From Candidatus Thorarchaeota archaeon (GTDB taxonomy: Archaea > Asgardarchaeota > Thorarchaeia > Thorarchaeales > Thorarchaeaceae), in the NCBI GenBank assembly GCA_003345595.1, contig PRDI01000039.1, positions 1 to 64,000 on the forward strand: DNA of 64,000 nt, given 5' to 3'. The translations under genes and the position numbers were made by a program. Positions 1 through 10,047 of the stretch are shown here, in pieces (within the stretch, counting starts at the first letter, position 1; every line of letters begins with the position of its first letter). The notes below the pieces were generated by a model. It was given only the letters and a program-made list of their open reading frames with translations. It did not search any database and was not told where the DNA came from.

Positions 1-409
1 CGGCGGGTACATCCCCGGCTTGACTGGCAATGCTTTGTCTGATTTGGAGTGGAGAACTGGCATCTCTGCAGTGACTGGTATAGCGTGGGCGGACGTCATA
101 GTGCACGCTAGAACTGCGGTCTTCGCTGCCGTCGTGACATTCGAGCTCCTCTTTGTCTGGAACTGTAGAAACGAGCATGGGCCCGTCTGGAGAACGAGCT
201 TAGCTGGAACGAAGTACCTGTTCGCAGCGGTAATGGCTTCCGTCGTGCTGACACTGGCGACAATCTATCTGCCTTTCGCGCAGCCACTGTTCGAAACCAT
301 GTCCCTGAACCTAGAGGATTGGATGGTCATACTGGTGACTTCTCTGCCTGCTCTCTTGATCCCTCCGCACATCATCTTTGGGCACTGGCGGAGCGAGCGC
401 AATAGCTAG
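1..409 (+). CDS. Cation-transporting P-type ATPase (type II, Ca2+-ATPase-like), C-terminal fragment; truncated by window start
   Basis: Cation_ATPase_C-like helices: ARTAVF...FELLFVWNCRNE...KYLFAAV...IYLPFAQPLFET..L...DW. Confidence 0.85.
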   Translation, partial: GGYIPGLTGNALSDLEWRTGISAVTGIAWADVIVHARTAVFAAVVTFELLFVWNCRNEHGPVWRTSLAGTKYLFAAVMASVVLTLATIYLPFAQPLFETMSLNLEDWMVILVTSLPALLIPPHIIFGHWRSERNS

Positions 410-444
410 GGGTCGATAGCATCATAAGGACGGCATCTTCTACA

Positions 445-1404
445 GTGACTGAGAAGATGGCCCCAACAGAGATAATTCCGGGAGTCTACGCCATAAAGGG
501 TAGGTTCGCAGGTGAGTTCGGTTTCATATCGAGCTACTTGGTCATGGAAGGGGAGGAGGGTCTTGTAATAGATCCGGGAACAGCGGGAGATCCAGGCGAG
601 GAAATCGTCAAAGGAATGGTCGGTCTTGGCCTGAACCCCAAGAAGTCTCTCATTGGTATACTATGTACTCATGGTCATCCTGATCATGTCGGTGGTGCTG
701 GCCGGCTGCGCAGAGTCACTGGTGCGCAGATTATGATTCATGGCGGGGACGTGGATCTTTTGGAGGATCCTCGCCTCTTCATCAAGCACAGGTTGAGGCT
801 CGACGCTGCTGAGAGGCTCGCAATGAAGATGGACAGAAGTCCTCTCCGGGTCAACTACACAGGGACAAAGCCTGACAGGATACTCCGGCAGGGGGATGAG
901 ATCAAGATTGGCCGGGTAGTCTTGAAAGTCATACATACTGGGGGTCACTCAGCCGGGCACTGTATGTTTTTGGACGCAGACAGGAAGATCTTGTTCTCTG
1001 GCGACGAGCTGAATAACCTCCCGGATGATTCGCGGAAGTTCTATGTTGATCTCACTGGAAGCCTAACTGCGAAGCTGGCTGCAATAGACGAGATTGCTTC
1101 GCATGACATCGAGTATTTGCTACCTGCACATGACATTCCACACATTGGGCATGATGCACGACTCCAAATTCAGGACGTACGAGATGGTGTCACACATTTC
1201 TTGGATGCTGTGCTTGAACACGTTTCCCTAAGGGGTGAGATTGACATCGAGCAGCTCGCGTTCGACATAAGGCAGAGCCGGGCTGTTCCTGTACCGGAAG
1301 AACTAGCTCCTCTGCTTCCAACTACGCTAGAAGTAGCACTGCATGACCTAGAGAAGGCTGGTCTTGTCAAGGCCGACACCCACGGTATATGGAAGAGGAT
1401 CTAG
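445..1404 (+). CDS. MBL-fold metallo-hydrolase (glyoxalase II-like) with C-terminal winged-helix-like region
   Basis: THGHPDHVG, HTGGHS, FSGD and PAH metal-binding motifs. Confidence 0.85.
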   Translation: MTEKMAPTEIIPGVYAIKGRFAGEFGFISSYLVMEGEEGLVIDPGTAGDPGEEIVKGMVGLGLNPKKSLIGILCTHGHPDHVGGAGRLRRVTGAQIMIHGGDVDLLEDPRLFIKHRLRLDAAERLAMKMDRSPLRVNYTGTKPDRILRQGDEIKIGRVVLKVIHTGGHSAGHCMFLDADRKILFSGDELNNLPDDSRKFYVDLTGSLTAKLAAIDEIASHDIEYLLPAHDIPHIGHDARLQIQDVRDGVTHFLDAVLEHVSLRGEIDIEQLAFDIRQSRAVPVPEELAPLLPTTLEVALHDLEKAGLVKADTHGIWKRI

Positions 1405-1538
1405 GGCGTCGCCCTACAACCGAGCTACATTCAAAAGGTCTCCCCACTGTTTGGACTGTTGGACACGCCACCGAACGACCAAGGCCTGTTTCGATTGCAG
1501 GCCAACACAAGCGGTGGCTCAGAACTGGAGGTAGAGTC

Positions 1539-4172
1539 ATGTCTTCGATTGGCAAGGCCAAGGCCGCCGTTCCCAGCACTGTCGAAGCCATTCGGATGGC
1601 GTCAGTTTCAGTGTTAGGTTCTACAACTACTCGCGGTTTGCCCGTCGGTGCAGCTGTCGGGCTAGGCAGCATGATGGAGGAGAACTCTGAGACTGTGGCT
1701 ATGAATGTCGCACCGCTGGTGTTCTCTGTGCGCGACTCGCTGAGAGAATCCGAGGGCCTTGAGCTTCTGTCAGTGATATGGGACCTAGATCGAACACCAA
1801 GTTCTGAGATTCTGCCTGAGCAGCTAGTTGTGGCAGGAAGTTCTGTTGGTGAAGCAAGTTCTCATGCGTGTATGCTGACTTGGGAAAAGGGTGTTGTGGA
1901 TCCCTTCAAAGTGGACGCCAACATCAGGAAACTGACGAGGAAGATGGCGGACATAGAGGTTGCCGTCCTAAGCAGTGGCCTTGACTACGACCGCGAGGGA
2001 CTAGCAGTCCTTCGACACTTCGCTGACAGGTTCAACAGAGTAATGTTTGTAGACATGTTGGACCGCCAGTTTCAGAGTTCATATACGACCACGAGTGTCA
2101 AACCGGACGATATCGATTTCGAGGCTGTCGTGAAGGCGAAGTGCCGCAAGGACTTCAGCACAATGCCTCCTGGTCTAAGGGTCCTCAAGCCTCGGGAACT
2201 CCAAATGGTCCTTCCAAAAGCGGAGCCTGGTGTACTCAGCGAACATTTCAAGCATCGCATCATGACTCCGAATGCCATTGAGACCCTTGTCACCCGGATT
2301 CCCGAGGTAGGCAGAACGATACTCGGTGAGCTGAATGCGTATGCATACAGTAGTGAGGAAGTCGGCATCGCGACAACAGTCATCGGGGCACTTGTTGAGT
2401 ATATTGGCCGAGATAGAATCAGAGCCAGTGAGCTCGATAAAGCAATCGAGCAAGGGAACAACTTCTCCGACATGGTTGCAAAGACTGTTGACGTCTTGAG
2501 TGAAGCGGTAGAACAGCACATCTCTTCTGGCGCGGCGCTATTGCCCACGGGTCATAAAGACGCACTCGTCAGCATAGCCGCGGCCAAGACCAAGAAACTG
2601 ACGGGTCGCGGTGGCGAAGTCGCTCTAAATATGCTGACTCGATTCCTGGATCAGATGATGGACACTGTCGAACGTGCTATCCCTGAAGGCGAAGAAACTA
2701 GGGCATGGCAGCTTAAAGGGGCTTTGAGATACTTTGTCGCATATGCGAGGAAGGTTGCTTACTATTTCGCTGAGGAGTTTCGAAGATTCCTAGTCATTAC
2801 GTTGTCGCGAAAGACAGTTCTCAGTACGATTGTCGCATTTCGCCAAGAACTGACCGGTCGTTTTACTAGCCCTACTGATCTCATGTTGTTTCAGAAGTTC
2901 ATCGCTGAACTCTACTCGATGTTGAATGCCGCTTTTGATAAAGCGACGTTCGAGGGCGTGAGGATGAAGACGCCTACACAGCTCATGGACGTCGCCATAG
3001 ATGCCATGATAGAGGGCTTCGACAGTCTCGATGTGTCGGACTTGATATCATTCAGTGACACAGCACAGATTGCCAGATTGGAAGTCACGAGCAGACACAC
3101 TGTTCGGGCGGCGGGTCAGGAAGGGGCACTGGACTCAGAAGGCAAGGCCCTGATGGACAAGCTCTCCACTCTGGAAGGGCTCGTCGGTGACATATCACCG
3201 AATATCGCTGGGACGGTCCTCGCTAGGCCCTTCATCAGCCAGGTTCTTGATGCGGTGGACGCGGGGGGTGCTGACCTGAAGGGCGAGTTGATCAGGGCGG
3301 TCGATTCGCTTGGCGAGAAGTCCCCTGAATGGAGGGTGGAGGCACTACATCTGGTCAATGAAGCGTTCAGTGGAGTTCAAGACGCATCTGACTATCGCTC
3401 CAATTTACTTGCCTTCGCCCGCTATGTTCATGAGAACATTGGACTACGAATGTCGTCCCAGTCAATACTGGATAGAGTGAGGTCAGAGGCAGATCATCTT
3501 CAGAAGGCGCATGAGCAGGAATTGAAGCGATGGGAACAAATCTGCCTGCAGATTGAGGAAGAAAACAAAGCCATCCGACAGCACAATGAAAAACGACAGA
3601 GACTTCTCGAGCAGGCAAAGGTTGACTATGTGCGAGAGTCCGCTGAATACGATGCTGCTCTGAAACAGGTCGAACCCAAGCCGGCACTTGCTGAACAGAC
3701 TATGCCGCCACAAGCTGAGGGCTCCACTGTTTCTGTGACACCTCCCGAGCCCCTTCAAAGCCGTCTTCGAGGAATTGATCTTGAACTTCCACTACTCGTG
3801 GCCAAACCACTTCCGGTCAAACCGGAGCCCTCCGGGGATCTCATCATCAGCGTTGAGCTGCGAGATCTATTGGCAGCCAAGCTTGACGAGATGGGAAAGA
3901 GAGAGCACGAATTGGAGAAGCTGATTTCACAACACCTGCAAGGGCTTAAGGCTGAGCGCGCGCGGGCCACAGGCGAGTCGAGTGTCAGCATCAATGAAGA
4001 GTTTCTCGAGTATCTGATGAATTCAACAATAAGAAGCCTCGGCAGACTGCTGCCTCGTGCGACACGGGTCTATTTGACGGACCCGGAGTTTCCGGGCCTA
4101 GTCTACTTGGTGACCTACGATTATCATGACGACGAGATGACTGTTCGCTTGGGCAACAACTTCCTGAGGTGA
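1539..4172 (+). CDS. Large hypothetical protein: possible N-terminal longin-like domain, helical body, coiled coil, Pro-rich segment
   Basis: Long ORF; start moved to ATG 1539, which follows GGAGGT; coiled coil QEELKRWEQ..RQRLLEQAK region. Confidence 0.7.
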   Translation: MSSIGKAKAAVPSTVEAIRMASVSVLGSTTTRGLPVGAAVGLGSMMEENSETVAMNVAPLVFSVRDSLRESEGLELLSVIWDLDRTPSSEILPEQLVVAGSSVGEASSHACMLTWEKGVVDPFKVDANIRKLTRKMADIEVAVLSSGLDYDREGLAVLRHFADRFNRVMFVDMLDRQFQSSYTTTSVKPDDIDFEAVVKAKCRKDFSTMPPGLRVLKPRELQMVLPKAEPGVLSEHFKHRIMTPNAIETLVTRIPEVGRTILGELNAYAYSSEEVGIATTVIGALVEYIGRDRIRASELDKAIEQGNNFSDMVAKTVDVLSEAVEQHISSGAALLPTGHKDALVSIAAAKTKKLTGRGGEVALNMLTRFLDQMMDTVERAIPEGEETRAWQLKGALRYFVAYARKVAYYFAEEFRRFLVITLSRKTVLSTIVAFRQELTGRFTSPTDLMLFQKFIAELYSMLNAAFDKATFEGVRMKTPTQLMDVAIDAMIEGFDSLDVSDLISFSDTAQIARLEVTSRHTVRAAGQEGALDSEGKALMDKLSTLEGLVGDISPNIAGTVLARPFISQVLDAVDAGGADLKGELIRAVDSLGEKSPEWRVEALHLVNEAFSGVQDASDYRSNLLAFARYVHENIGLRMSSQSILDRVRSEADHLQKAHEQELKRWEQICLQIEEENKAIRQHNEKRQRLLEQAKVDYVRESAEYDAALKQVEPKPALAEQTMPPQAEGSTVSVTPPEPLQSRLRGIDLELPLLVAKPLPVKPEPSGDLIISVELRDLLAAKLDEMGKREHELEKLISQHLQGLKAERARATGESSVSINEEFLEYLMNSTIRSLGRLLPRATRVYLTDPEFPGLVYLVTYDYHDDEMTVRLGNNFLR

Positions 4173-4176
4173 TCAT

Positions 4177-6618
4177 GTGTCAAGTGCTTGGATTCTAAGG
4201 ACACGACAGATGAGTGAGGCAGGCAAAGAGATACTCTTGAGAGAAGCATTGGCCACGCACATGCGGAGTCCACGTGATAGGCAAATGGTTAGCGCGATTC
4301 TTGCAGATCGTCGACTGCTTGAGGATCTTCTCTCTTTCTTCTCTGCATTCTACCTTGTGAACTACCAAGATGTCCACATCAGTCAAGGCAAGACTGGTAG
4401 ACAGTTGACAATCGAACAGAAGAGTGACACGGAGCAAGAGTCCCGGCGACTTCTGGAACTGGAGGTCAGGCAGATTCTCGGTAACAAGCAGAGGGAGGAA
4501 CTCGACCGGGCCAGACTTGTCAGCGAGTTCTCAATTGCGCTCTGCGACATCGTAGATGACGCCAATGCTTCGGAACCGCAGACAGTGAAGAGAGTCGTAG
4601 GTCAGCTGAAAAGCTACTTGAGCAAGCTGCCTCGCGAGTATGCCGGAAATCATGATGTTGACTTCGTCAACGAGGTGACGGGCTGGGGCTCGTTGTGGAG
4701 GAGTGACATCTATGCCAAGGCGTCCGGCCTGAAGGAGTCGTTAATGTCACTAAGGGATGAGCTTCTCAGAGAGCATGAGGAAGAGGTGCCGGAAACCTCT
4801 ATCCTGAAGCGCGGAAGTGCACGTCTACTCGGAAGACCCACCTGCCTTGCTGCACGGCTTATGATGTCTGGCGTGACTGATCAGACCTGGGACGAAGTCG
4901 CTATTGCCGCGATTGGCAACTTGCCGAAAGGTCGAAACAGACAGACTCTGAAACGTGCGCACGAGCTCAGAGTTGCGATTCTTGATGTGATTGAGGGGGA
5001 TATCGACACACCTACAACCATCGGCGACTTTGAGAGTCGGATCGCGGATGTGGTGGCTAGAAAACTAGCAGTGGAATTCGAGAAGAACCCTACTGACTCG
5101 TTCACTCTATTGGGATACTTGCTGGGACTGAACCCCGAGGACATACGGCTTTCGCTACAACCGAAAGGTATTGCGTCGCCCGCAGACCTTGCGGTTGCAC
5201 TGAGTGCGTCTTTTGGCAGGGCAACAGCTAGCAAGGCTGCCGACCGAGTGTCTAGGGAGGACTTAGAAGACTTAACGAGGTCGCTAAAGACTCTAGAGAA
5301 GATAGAGCAGACACTCGAACGACCTGTGAAGGGTGCGCTCCGCTCGCGGGGCCTAAGAGGAGCCGAGCTTGACAAGATAACACTCCAACTCCTAACAAAG
5401 GATCGTAGTAGTCTAATCGGTATAGAGGTCGAAGTGGTGGAGGAACTGAAGAAGAGAGTCCGCCTGCCGCCACCGGATGAAATCAAGCGACTGATCCAAG
5501 CAAGGGAGTCCTTGCAGGAAACGGGAGCGACTGTGGCGGGGGCCGCTTCTGCGCATGAAATGGACCAACAGCTGAAACAGGAGGAAACTATCGCCTCTCT
5601 CAAGCTGGACGTCGTCTGGCATCTTATGATAGGCTTGTTCACGAATCTAGCGAGAGTCGTAGAAACTTATGTGAGATCGAGGCAAGATCTGATGCGAACA
5701 AAAGCACTCCTGAAGAGTATCTACGAGAAAACAGAGCCAGAGCTGCAGTACCTACGCGAGGAGATACTGGTAGACTTAACGGCAAACAGAGTCAAGGAGC
5801 TCAAGTGTGTGCATCCCGAGCTCGACACCCCAGCAATCTCTGCTTGGTTGCATGCGCGCTTATCAGGCTCAGATATGACTTTCGCTGGATCCGACTTGGA
5901 ATCGACACCGAGTCCAGTCTTCGAGGGGATTGCTGAAACGTCTCTTGGACTGAGCGGCCTGGAATGCGACAATTATGCTGTGGCCTTTGACCTGATGAGT
6001 CGGTTCCTCAAGCAGGAGCGTGCGCAAAAACTGGTTAAGGAAGAGGCCGCGATTCAGGCACAACTTGAGGAGCAGAGGATTGCTGACAGCAAGAAGAAGG
6101 CACTGGATCCTCTCCTATTCATTTACACAAAGGCCCACACTGTTTTCAGGGCGATAGGCCGCCTCGGCACCAAGGGACTCGAGTGGACTCCCGTTGACGA
6201 TGCAAAGTGTGCGAATCTTCTGTCGTACTACGTGAGAGTGAACCGGGGAAGGCTCATATGTTCAGTCTGCGGAGAAACGCCCAAAGAAGGAGTCTGTCCT
6301 ACTCATGGCAAGTCTGACATGACCACAAGCAATGACATGGACAATCTGGCTGTATTCGTGATGCGGGCTCTAACTGACATTAAGAGCGGCCTCATTGGCC
6401 CGACCTCCGAGGCAATGTCTTGGGAGAAGACAAAAGCAATCGTTCAGCGAGAGGTTTCGCTTCTGAGACAGAGGGGAAAGCTCACGGCCAAGACGAATGT
6501 GAGAGAGCTTCTGCCTGGCGAGCTGAACAACATCGTCGGACCTGCAATAGCCGTGGTGGTTGGCAAGTACTTCAACGAGTCACTCGAATACGCTGCGCGA
6601 AGGGAAGACCTTGCTTGA
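4177..6618 (+). CDS. Large helical hypothetical protein with a Zn-ribbon near the C-terminus
   Basis: 813-aa ORF 4 bp after the upstream gene, GAGGTGA SD; CSVCGETPKEGVCPTH motif. Confidence 0.75.
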   Translation: MSSAWILRTRQMSEAGKEILLREALATHMRSPRDRQMVSAILADRRLLEDLLSFFSAFYLVNYQDVHISQGKTGRQLTIEQKSDTEQESRRLLELEVRQILGNKQREELDRARLVSEFSIALCDIVDDANASEPQTVKRVVGQLKSYLSKLPREYAGNHDVDFVNEVTGWGSLWRSDIYAKASGLKESLMSLRDELLREHEEEVPETSILKRGSARLLGRPTCLAARLMMSGVTDQTWDEVAIAAIGNLPKGRNRQTLKRAHELRVAILDVIEGDIDTPTTIGDFESRIADVVARKLAVEFEKNPTDSFTLLGYLLGLNPEDIRLSLQPKGIASPADLAVALSASFGRATASKAADRVSREDLEDLTRSLKTLEKIEQTLERPVKGALRSRGLRGAELDKITLQLLTKDRSSLIGIEVEVVEELKKRVRLPPPDEIKRLIQARESLQETGATVAGAASAHEMDQQLKQEETIASLKLDVVWHLMIGLFTNLARVVETYVRSRQDLMRTKALLKSIYEKTEPELQYLREEILVDLTANRVKELKCVHPELDTPAISAWLHARLSGSDMTFAGSDLESTPSPVFEGIAETSLGLSGLECDNYAVAFDLMSRFLKQERAQKLVKEEAAIQAQLEEQRIADSKKKALDPLLFIYTKAHTVFRAIGRLGTKGLEWTPVDDAKCANLLSYYVRVNRGRLICSVCGETPKEGVCPTHGKSDMTTSNDMDNLAVFVMRALTDIKSGLIGPTSEAMSWEKTKAIVQREVSLLRQRGKLTAKTNVRELLPGELNNIVGPAIAVVVGKYFNESLEYAARREDLA

Positions 6619-6638
6619 ATCGTGGCAGTAGTCATTCG

Positions 6639-6962
6639 TCATGGTTCATCCACTACGCAGTCTGAGATCCATTCAAGGTACTTTCTCGAGCCCCATTCTA
6701 TGGGCACCACAACGAGTTCAGGTAATTCGTAAGGATGCACTTTCTCCATGGCGTCATGAAGTGCCTCCTGTAGTCTCTTCTCAGTCTTCATGATAAGAAT
6801 CACCTCGTTATCGTTACGTATCTCTCCCTTCCAACGATATATGCTGGTAACGTTGTGAACTATGTTGACACAGGCACAGAGCTTGTCTTCCACGAGCTTG
6901 GACGCGATTCCTTCTGCTTTGCTCTCGGGGCAGGCAGTCAGGGCGACGATGTAGCGGCTCAT
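6639..6962 (-). CDS. cutA: Divalent-cation tolerance protein CutA
   Basis: LVEDKLCACVNI..VTSIYRWKG...E...MKT...HPYELPE signature. Confidence 0.95.
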   Translation of the reverse strand: MSRYIVALTACPESKAEGIASKLVEDKLCACVNIVHNVTSIYRWKGEIRNDNEVILIMKTEKRLQEALHDAMEKVHPYELPELVVVPIEWGSRKYLEWISDCVVDEP

Positions 6963-6986
6963 TGTATGGATATCCGGAAGCTGAGA

Positions 6987-6994
6987 TTTATAAA
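6987..6994. promoter_or_regulatory. Palindromic TATA box (TTTATAAA) between the divergent cutA and dapA-fae genes
   Basis: About 25 bp from the cutA start and 40 bp from the dapA-fae start; matches the archaeal TATA consensus. Confidence 0.55.
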
Positions 6995-7033
6995 CGAACG
7001 TCTAGACCCGCCTCACCAATCTGGTGAGTCAGT

Positions 7034-8434
7034 ATGCCGAGGAAGTTTGTTCCCAAAGGAGTGATGCCTGCCCTCGTTACTCCGTTTACAAAGGACGGTG
7101 ATATTATGGAGGACAGCTTCCGTCAGATCATAGATTACACAATCAGTAAGGGTGCCACAGGCGTTGTGCCTGCTGGTACAACTGGTGAGTTTGTCTACAT
7201 GCGAACGGAGGAGCGCAAGAAGCTACTGAAGCTGACAGTCGAGTTTGTCGATGGTCGTGTACCTGTGATTGCAGGCACAGGCCAGAACAGCACAAAGGGG
7301 ACAATCGCTCTAACGAAATACGCAGCAGAGGTTGGATGTGATGCGGCTCTTGTGGTTTCTCCCTTCTACTTGAGGCCGAGCGACAAGGGCTATTTCGAGC
7401 ATTTCACAGCTGTTGCCAACCAGGGAAACCTTCCGGTCATACTCTACAACATCCCCCAGTGCACCTTGGGAGTCCTTCAACCAAACATCGTAGAAGACCT
7501 TGCAGATAACGACAATATTGTGGGTATAAAGGATAGCAGTGGTAACATGGGCTATACTCTCGAGCTCATCCAGAAGCTCAAGGACCGTATGCCGGTAATC
7601 ATAGGACATGACGAGTGTTTTCTCCCGGCAGTGGCAGCAGGGGTGAGAGCTGCAATCATGGCTTCTGCCAACATCATGCCTCACCTATGGCTCGATACTA
7701 TGAAGAAGGTACAGAAGGGCGACATTGAGGGGGCCGCCAGACTCCAGCTTTCAATGCAGACTCTGGCTCGCATAGTGACAAGGTACGGCGGTGCTCCGCC
7801 CGTCAAGGCGGCACTTAAGATGATGGGGATTGATGCTGGGAAATCCCGCATGCCTCTCAACTCAGGAGGAACACTCACTCCGGAGCTCAAGGACGAAATA
7901 CGAGTAGAACTTGAGAAGCTCGGATTAATCAAGGGTGTCAAGCACACGCCGCCATCCAAGGACACTGACGTTGTTCCGTTTCTCGCTGACGTTGGAGTCA
8001 CCGCTGATCACCACGGTGGCATGAGGTTTGGGCGGGGTTCGAATCAGACCGTCGCTGCCAGCATAGTCAGCGGACCCAAGACCGGACCACTCGGTGCGGC
8101 CTTCGTTCAGTTATTGTCCACGCCCAGAGTTGGACATGAGGCCTTGAGTGTAATCCTGGAGCCCAACCTTGCAGTGCGACCGACAAGCATCATGTTGCCT
8201 GTTAGGAAAATACAGTCTCTGCGTCAGGCATCACTGTTCTACGGTCCGGTGCAGTCTGGAGCGGCCAAGGCCGTAGTTGCTCATCTTCGTGCGGCGAGGA
8301 TACCTCAGGCTGCCATCAATGATGAGGTCGTGGTTATGGCCCTTGACGTCGATTTGGACGCGATTGACCGGCGAGCAATCACTGCCGCAACTGAGAATGC
8401 AGTGTCAGCTGCGCTAAGTCAGATATGGAGGTGA
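7034..8434 (+). CDS. DapA/NAL-family class I aldolase fused to a degenerate Fae domain (copy 1)
   Basis: GTTGE, LYNIP, GIKDSSG (Schiff-base Lys); C-terminal GPKTGPLGAAF...GHEALSVILEPNLAVRP...RQASLFYGPVQ..AKAV is Fae-like. Confidence 0.85.
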   Translation: MPRKFVPKGVMPALVTPFTKDGDIMEDSFRQIIDYTISKGATGVVPAGTTGEFVYMRTEERKKLLKLTVEFVDGRVPVIAGTGQNSTKGTIALTKYAAEVGCDAALVVSPFYLRPSDKGYFEHFTAVANQGNLPVILYNIPQCTLGVLQPNIVEDLADNDNIVGIKDSSGNMGYTLELIQKLKDRMPVIIGHDECFLPAVAAGVRAAIMASANIMPHLWLDTMKKVQKGDIEGAARLQLSMQTLARIVTRYGGAPPVKAALKMMGIDAGKSRMPLNSGGTLTPELKDEIRVELEKLGLIKGVKHTPPSKDTDVVPFLADVGVTADHHGGMRFGRGSNQTVAASIVSGPKTGPLGAAFVQLLSTPRVGHEALSVILEPNLAVRPTSIMLPVRKIQSLRQASLFYGPVQSGAAKAVVAHLRAARIPQAAINDEVVVMALDVDLDAIDRRAITAATENAVSAALSQIWR

Positions 8435-8439
8435 TACTG

Positions 8440-9915
8440 GTGTCACGGACTTCTTGGCGATTCAAAGGTGTATACCCCGCACTGGTAACACCGTTCGATG
8501 AGAGTGGGGTCAATGAACAACAGTACCGCACTCTGATAGACCACGTGATCAAAGCCGGGGCCACTGGCATTGTCCCATGTGGCTCGACAGGCGAGTTCAC
8601 AAACATGAGCTTTGAGGAACGTATAGAGGCTCTCCGTATCGCATGTGAAACAGCGAAGGGACGTGTACCTGTCCTCGCTGGAACAGGAGCCGCCTACACG
8701 AACGATGCCGTCAAGCTCACTCGAAAGGCTGCAGAACTTGGTGCATCTGCGGCCCTCGTCATTTCACCTTACTTCTTGAAGCCATCCACCAAGGAGATCT
8801 ACGAGCACTTTGAGAAGGTCGCTGGCTCTAGTGAACTGCCAATCTTCCTCTACAACTATCCGCAGGTCACCGGAGTCAATCTCGACTGGTGGTTGGTTGA
8901 TGGTCTTCGTGAGATTGACGGTATTATCGGAATGAAAGACTCGAGCGGCAACATGGTCAATCTCACGAACATTCTCGTCCGTCGACCAGAGGAGTTTCAG
9001 ATTGTCGTTGGCCACGACGAGATTGCGCTGCCTGCACTGGCAGCAGGTTGTGACGGAGCCGTGCTGGCGAGCGCGAATGTCTTCTTGGATCGCTACTTGA
9101 GAATAATGACCGATCTCTCTCAGGGCGATTTAAAGGAGGCGAGGCTCATTCAACGCAGCATACAGCGGACAGTCAGGATTCTCATCAAGGGTGGAGGCCT
9201 TGCTGTCAAGGCAGCTCTCAACATGATGGGAATTCCCGTTGGCAAGGCGCGAATGCCTTTGATGGACGGTGACCTGCTGGGTTATGATGAGATTGATGAG
9301 CTGAGAGCTCTCCTCGAAGACCTTCAACTCATACCGCGTGGTCCCGTGACGTTCAAGATGGGCAACCGCTCTCTAGTGGCCGAGGCATATCCCAAGGCCG
9401 TGGGAATGACAAGAGATGTTATCGATGATTTGACACTTCTTCATGGAGAATCTTTGTGCGGTGAAGCGCTTGAAGTAGCTCATGTCGACCTCGTAATGGG
9501 TCTGAAGGATGGGCCACTCCAGGCCGCGGTGGCCAATTCAGGGAAACTTGTCGATGGATTTCACTCTTCAAACATAATCAAAGACTTGCGTCCGACAACT
9601 GTCTTCTCATCGACAGTTGCCATCACTGGTGAGGGCCACAGAAAGATGGTGTATGAGATTGCTCAGAAGGCTGTTGCAGATGCCGTCACGAGGACCATCA
9701 CCGACAGGATGATTCCTGAGGAACTTGTTCCTGACTTGGTGATTGTAGTCAACGTCTTCGTGCATCCCAACGCCAATAATCCGCGCAGGGTGTTCTATAA
9801 CAACTTTCGCGCAGTGAGATATGCTATACGCCACGCGCTGGAACGAAGGCAGTCGATAGAAGAGATCATGGCAAGAAAGGAATCTGCGCGGCATCCATTC
9901 GCCTACAATCCTTAA
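8440..9915 (+). CDS. DapA/NAL-family class I aldolase fused to a Fae domain (copy 2)
   Basis: GSTGE, YNYP, MKDSSG; C-terminal GESLCGEALEVAHVDLVMG...AQKAVADAV...VFVHP...ARHPF; GTG start after GGAGGTGA. Confidence 0.88.
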   Translation: MSRTSWRFKGVYPALVTPFDESGVNEQQYRTLIDHVIKAGATGIVPCGSTGEFTNMSFEERIEALRIACETAKGRVPVLAGTGAAYTNDAVKLTRKAAELGASAALVISPYFLKPSTKEIYEHFEKVAGSSELPIFLYNYPQVTGVNLDWWLVDGLREIDGIIGMKDSSGNMVNLTNILVRRPEEFQIVVGHDEIALPALAAGCDGAVLASANVFLDRYLRIMTDLSQGDLKEARLIQRSIQRTVRILIKGGGLAVKAALNMMGIPVGKARMPLMDGDLLGYDEIDELRALLEDLQLIPRGPVTFKMGNRSLVAEAYPKAVGMTRDVIDDLTLLHGESLCGEALEVAHVDLVMGLKDGPLQAAVANSGKLVDGFHSSNIIKDLRPTTVFSSTVAITGEGHRKMVYEIAQKAVADAVTRTITDRMIPEELVPDLVIVVNVFVHPNANNPRRVFYNNFRAVRYAIRHALERRQSIEEIMARKESARHPFAYNP

Positions 9916-10047
9916 CAGAGCCGATTGGTGATCACACATCTGCACCCTAGAAGGCCGAATCTGAGAGATATGACATAGATTCTCCTATAAGGGGGACAGT
10001 CATACAAGGAGGACTGTCGAAAGCGCGTCACCACATCCTATCAGGAT

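Noticed and set aside
1389-1538. N-terminal extension of the 927-aa ORF
   Set aside because: It overlaps the upstream gene, and a better start with a GGAGGT SD lies at 1539
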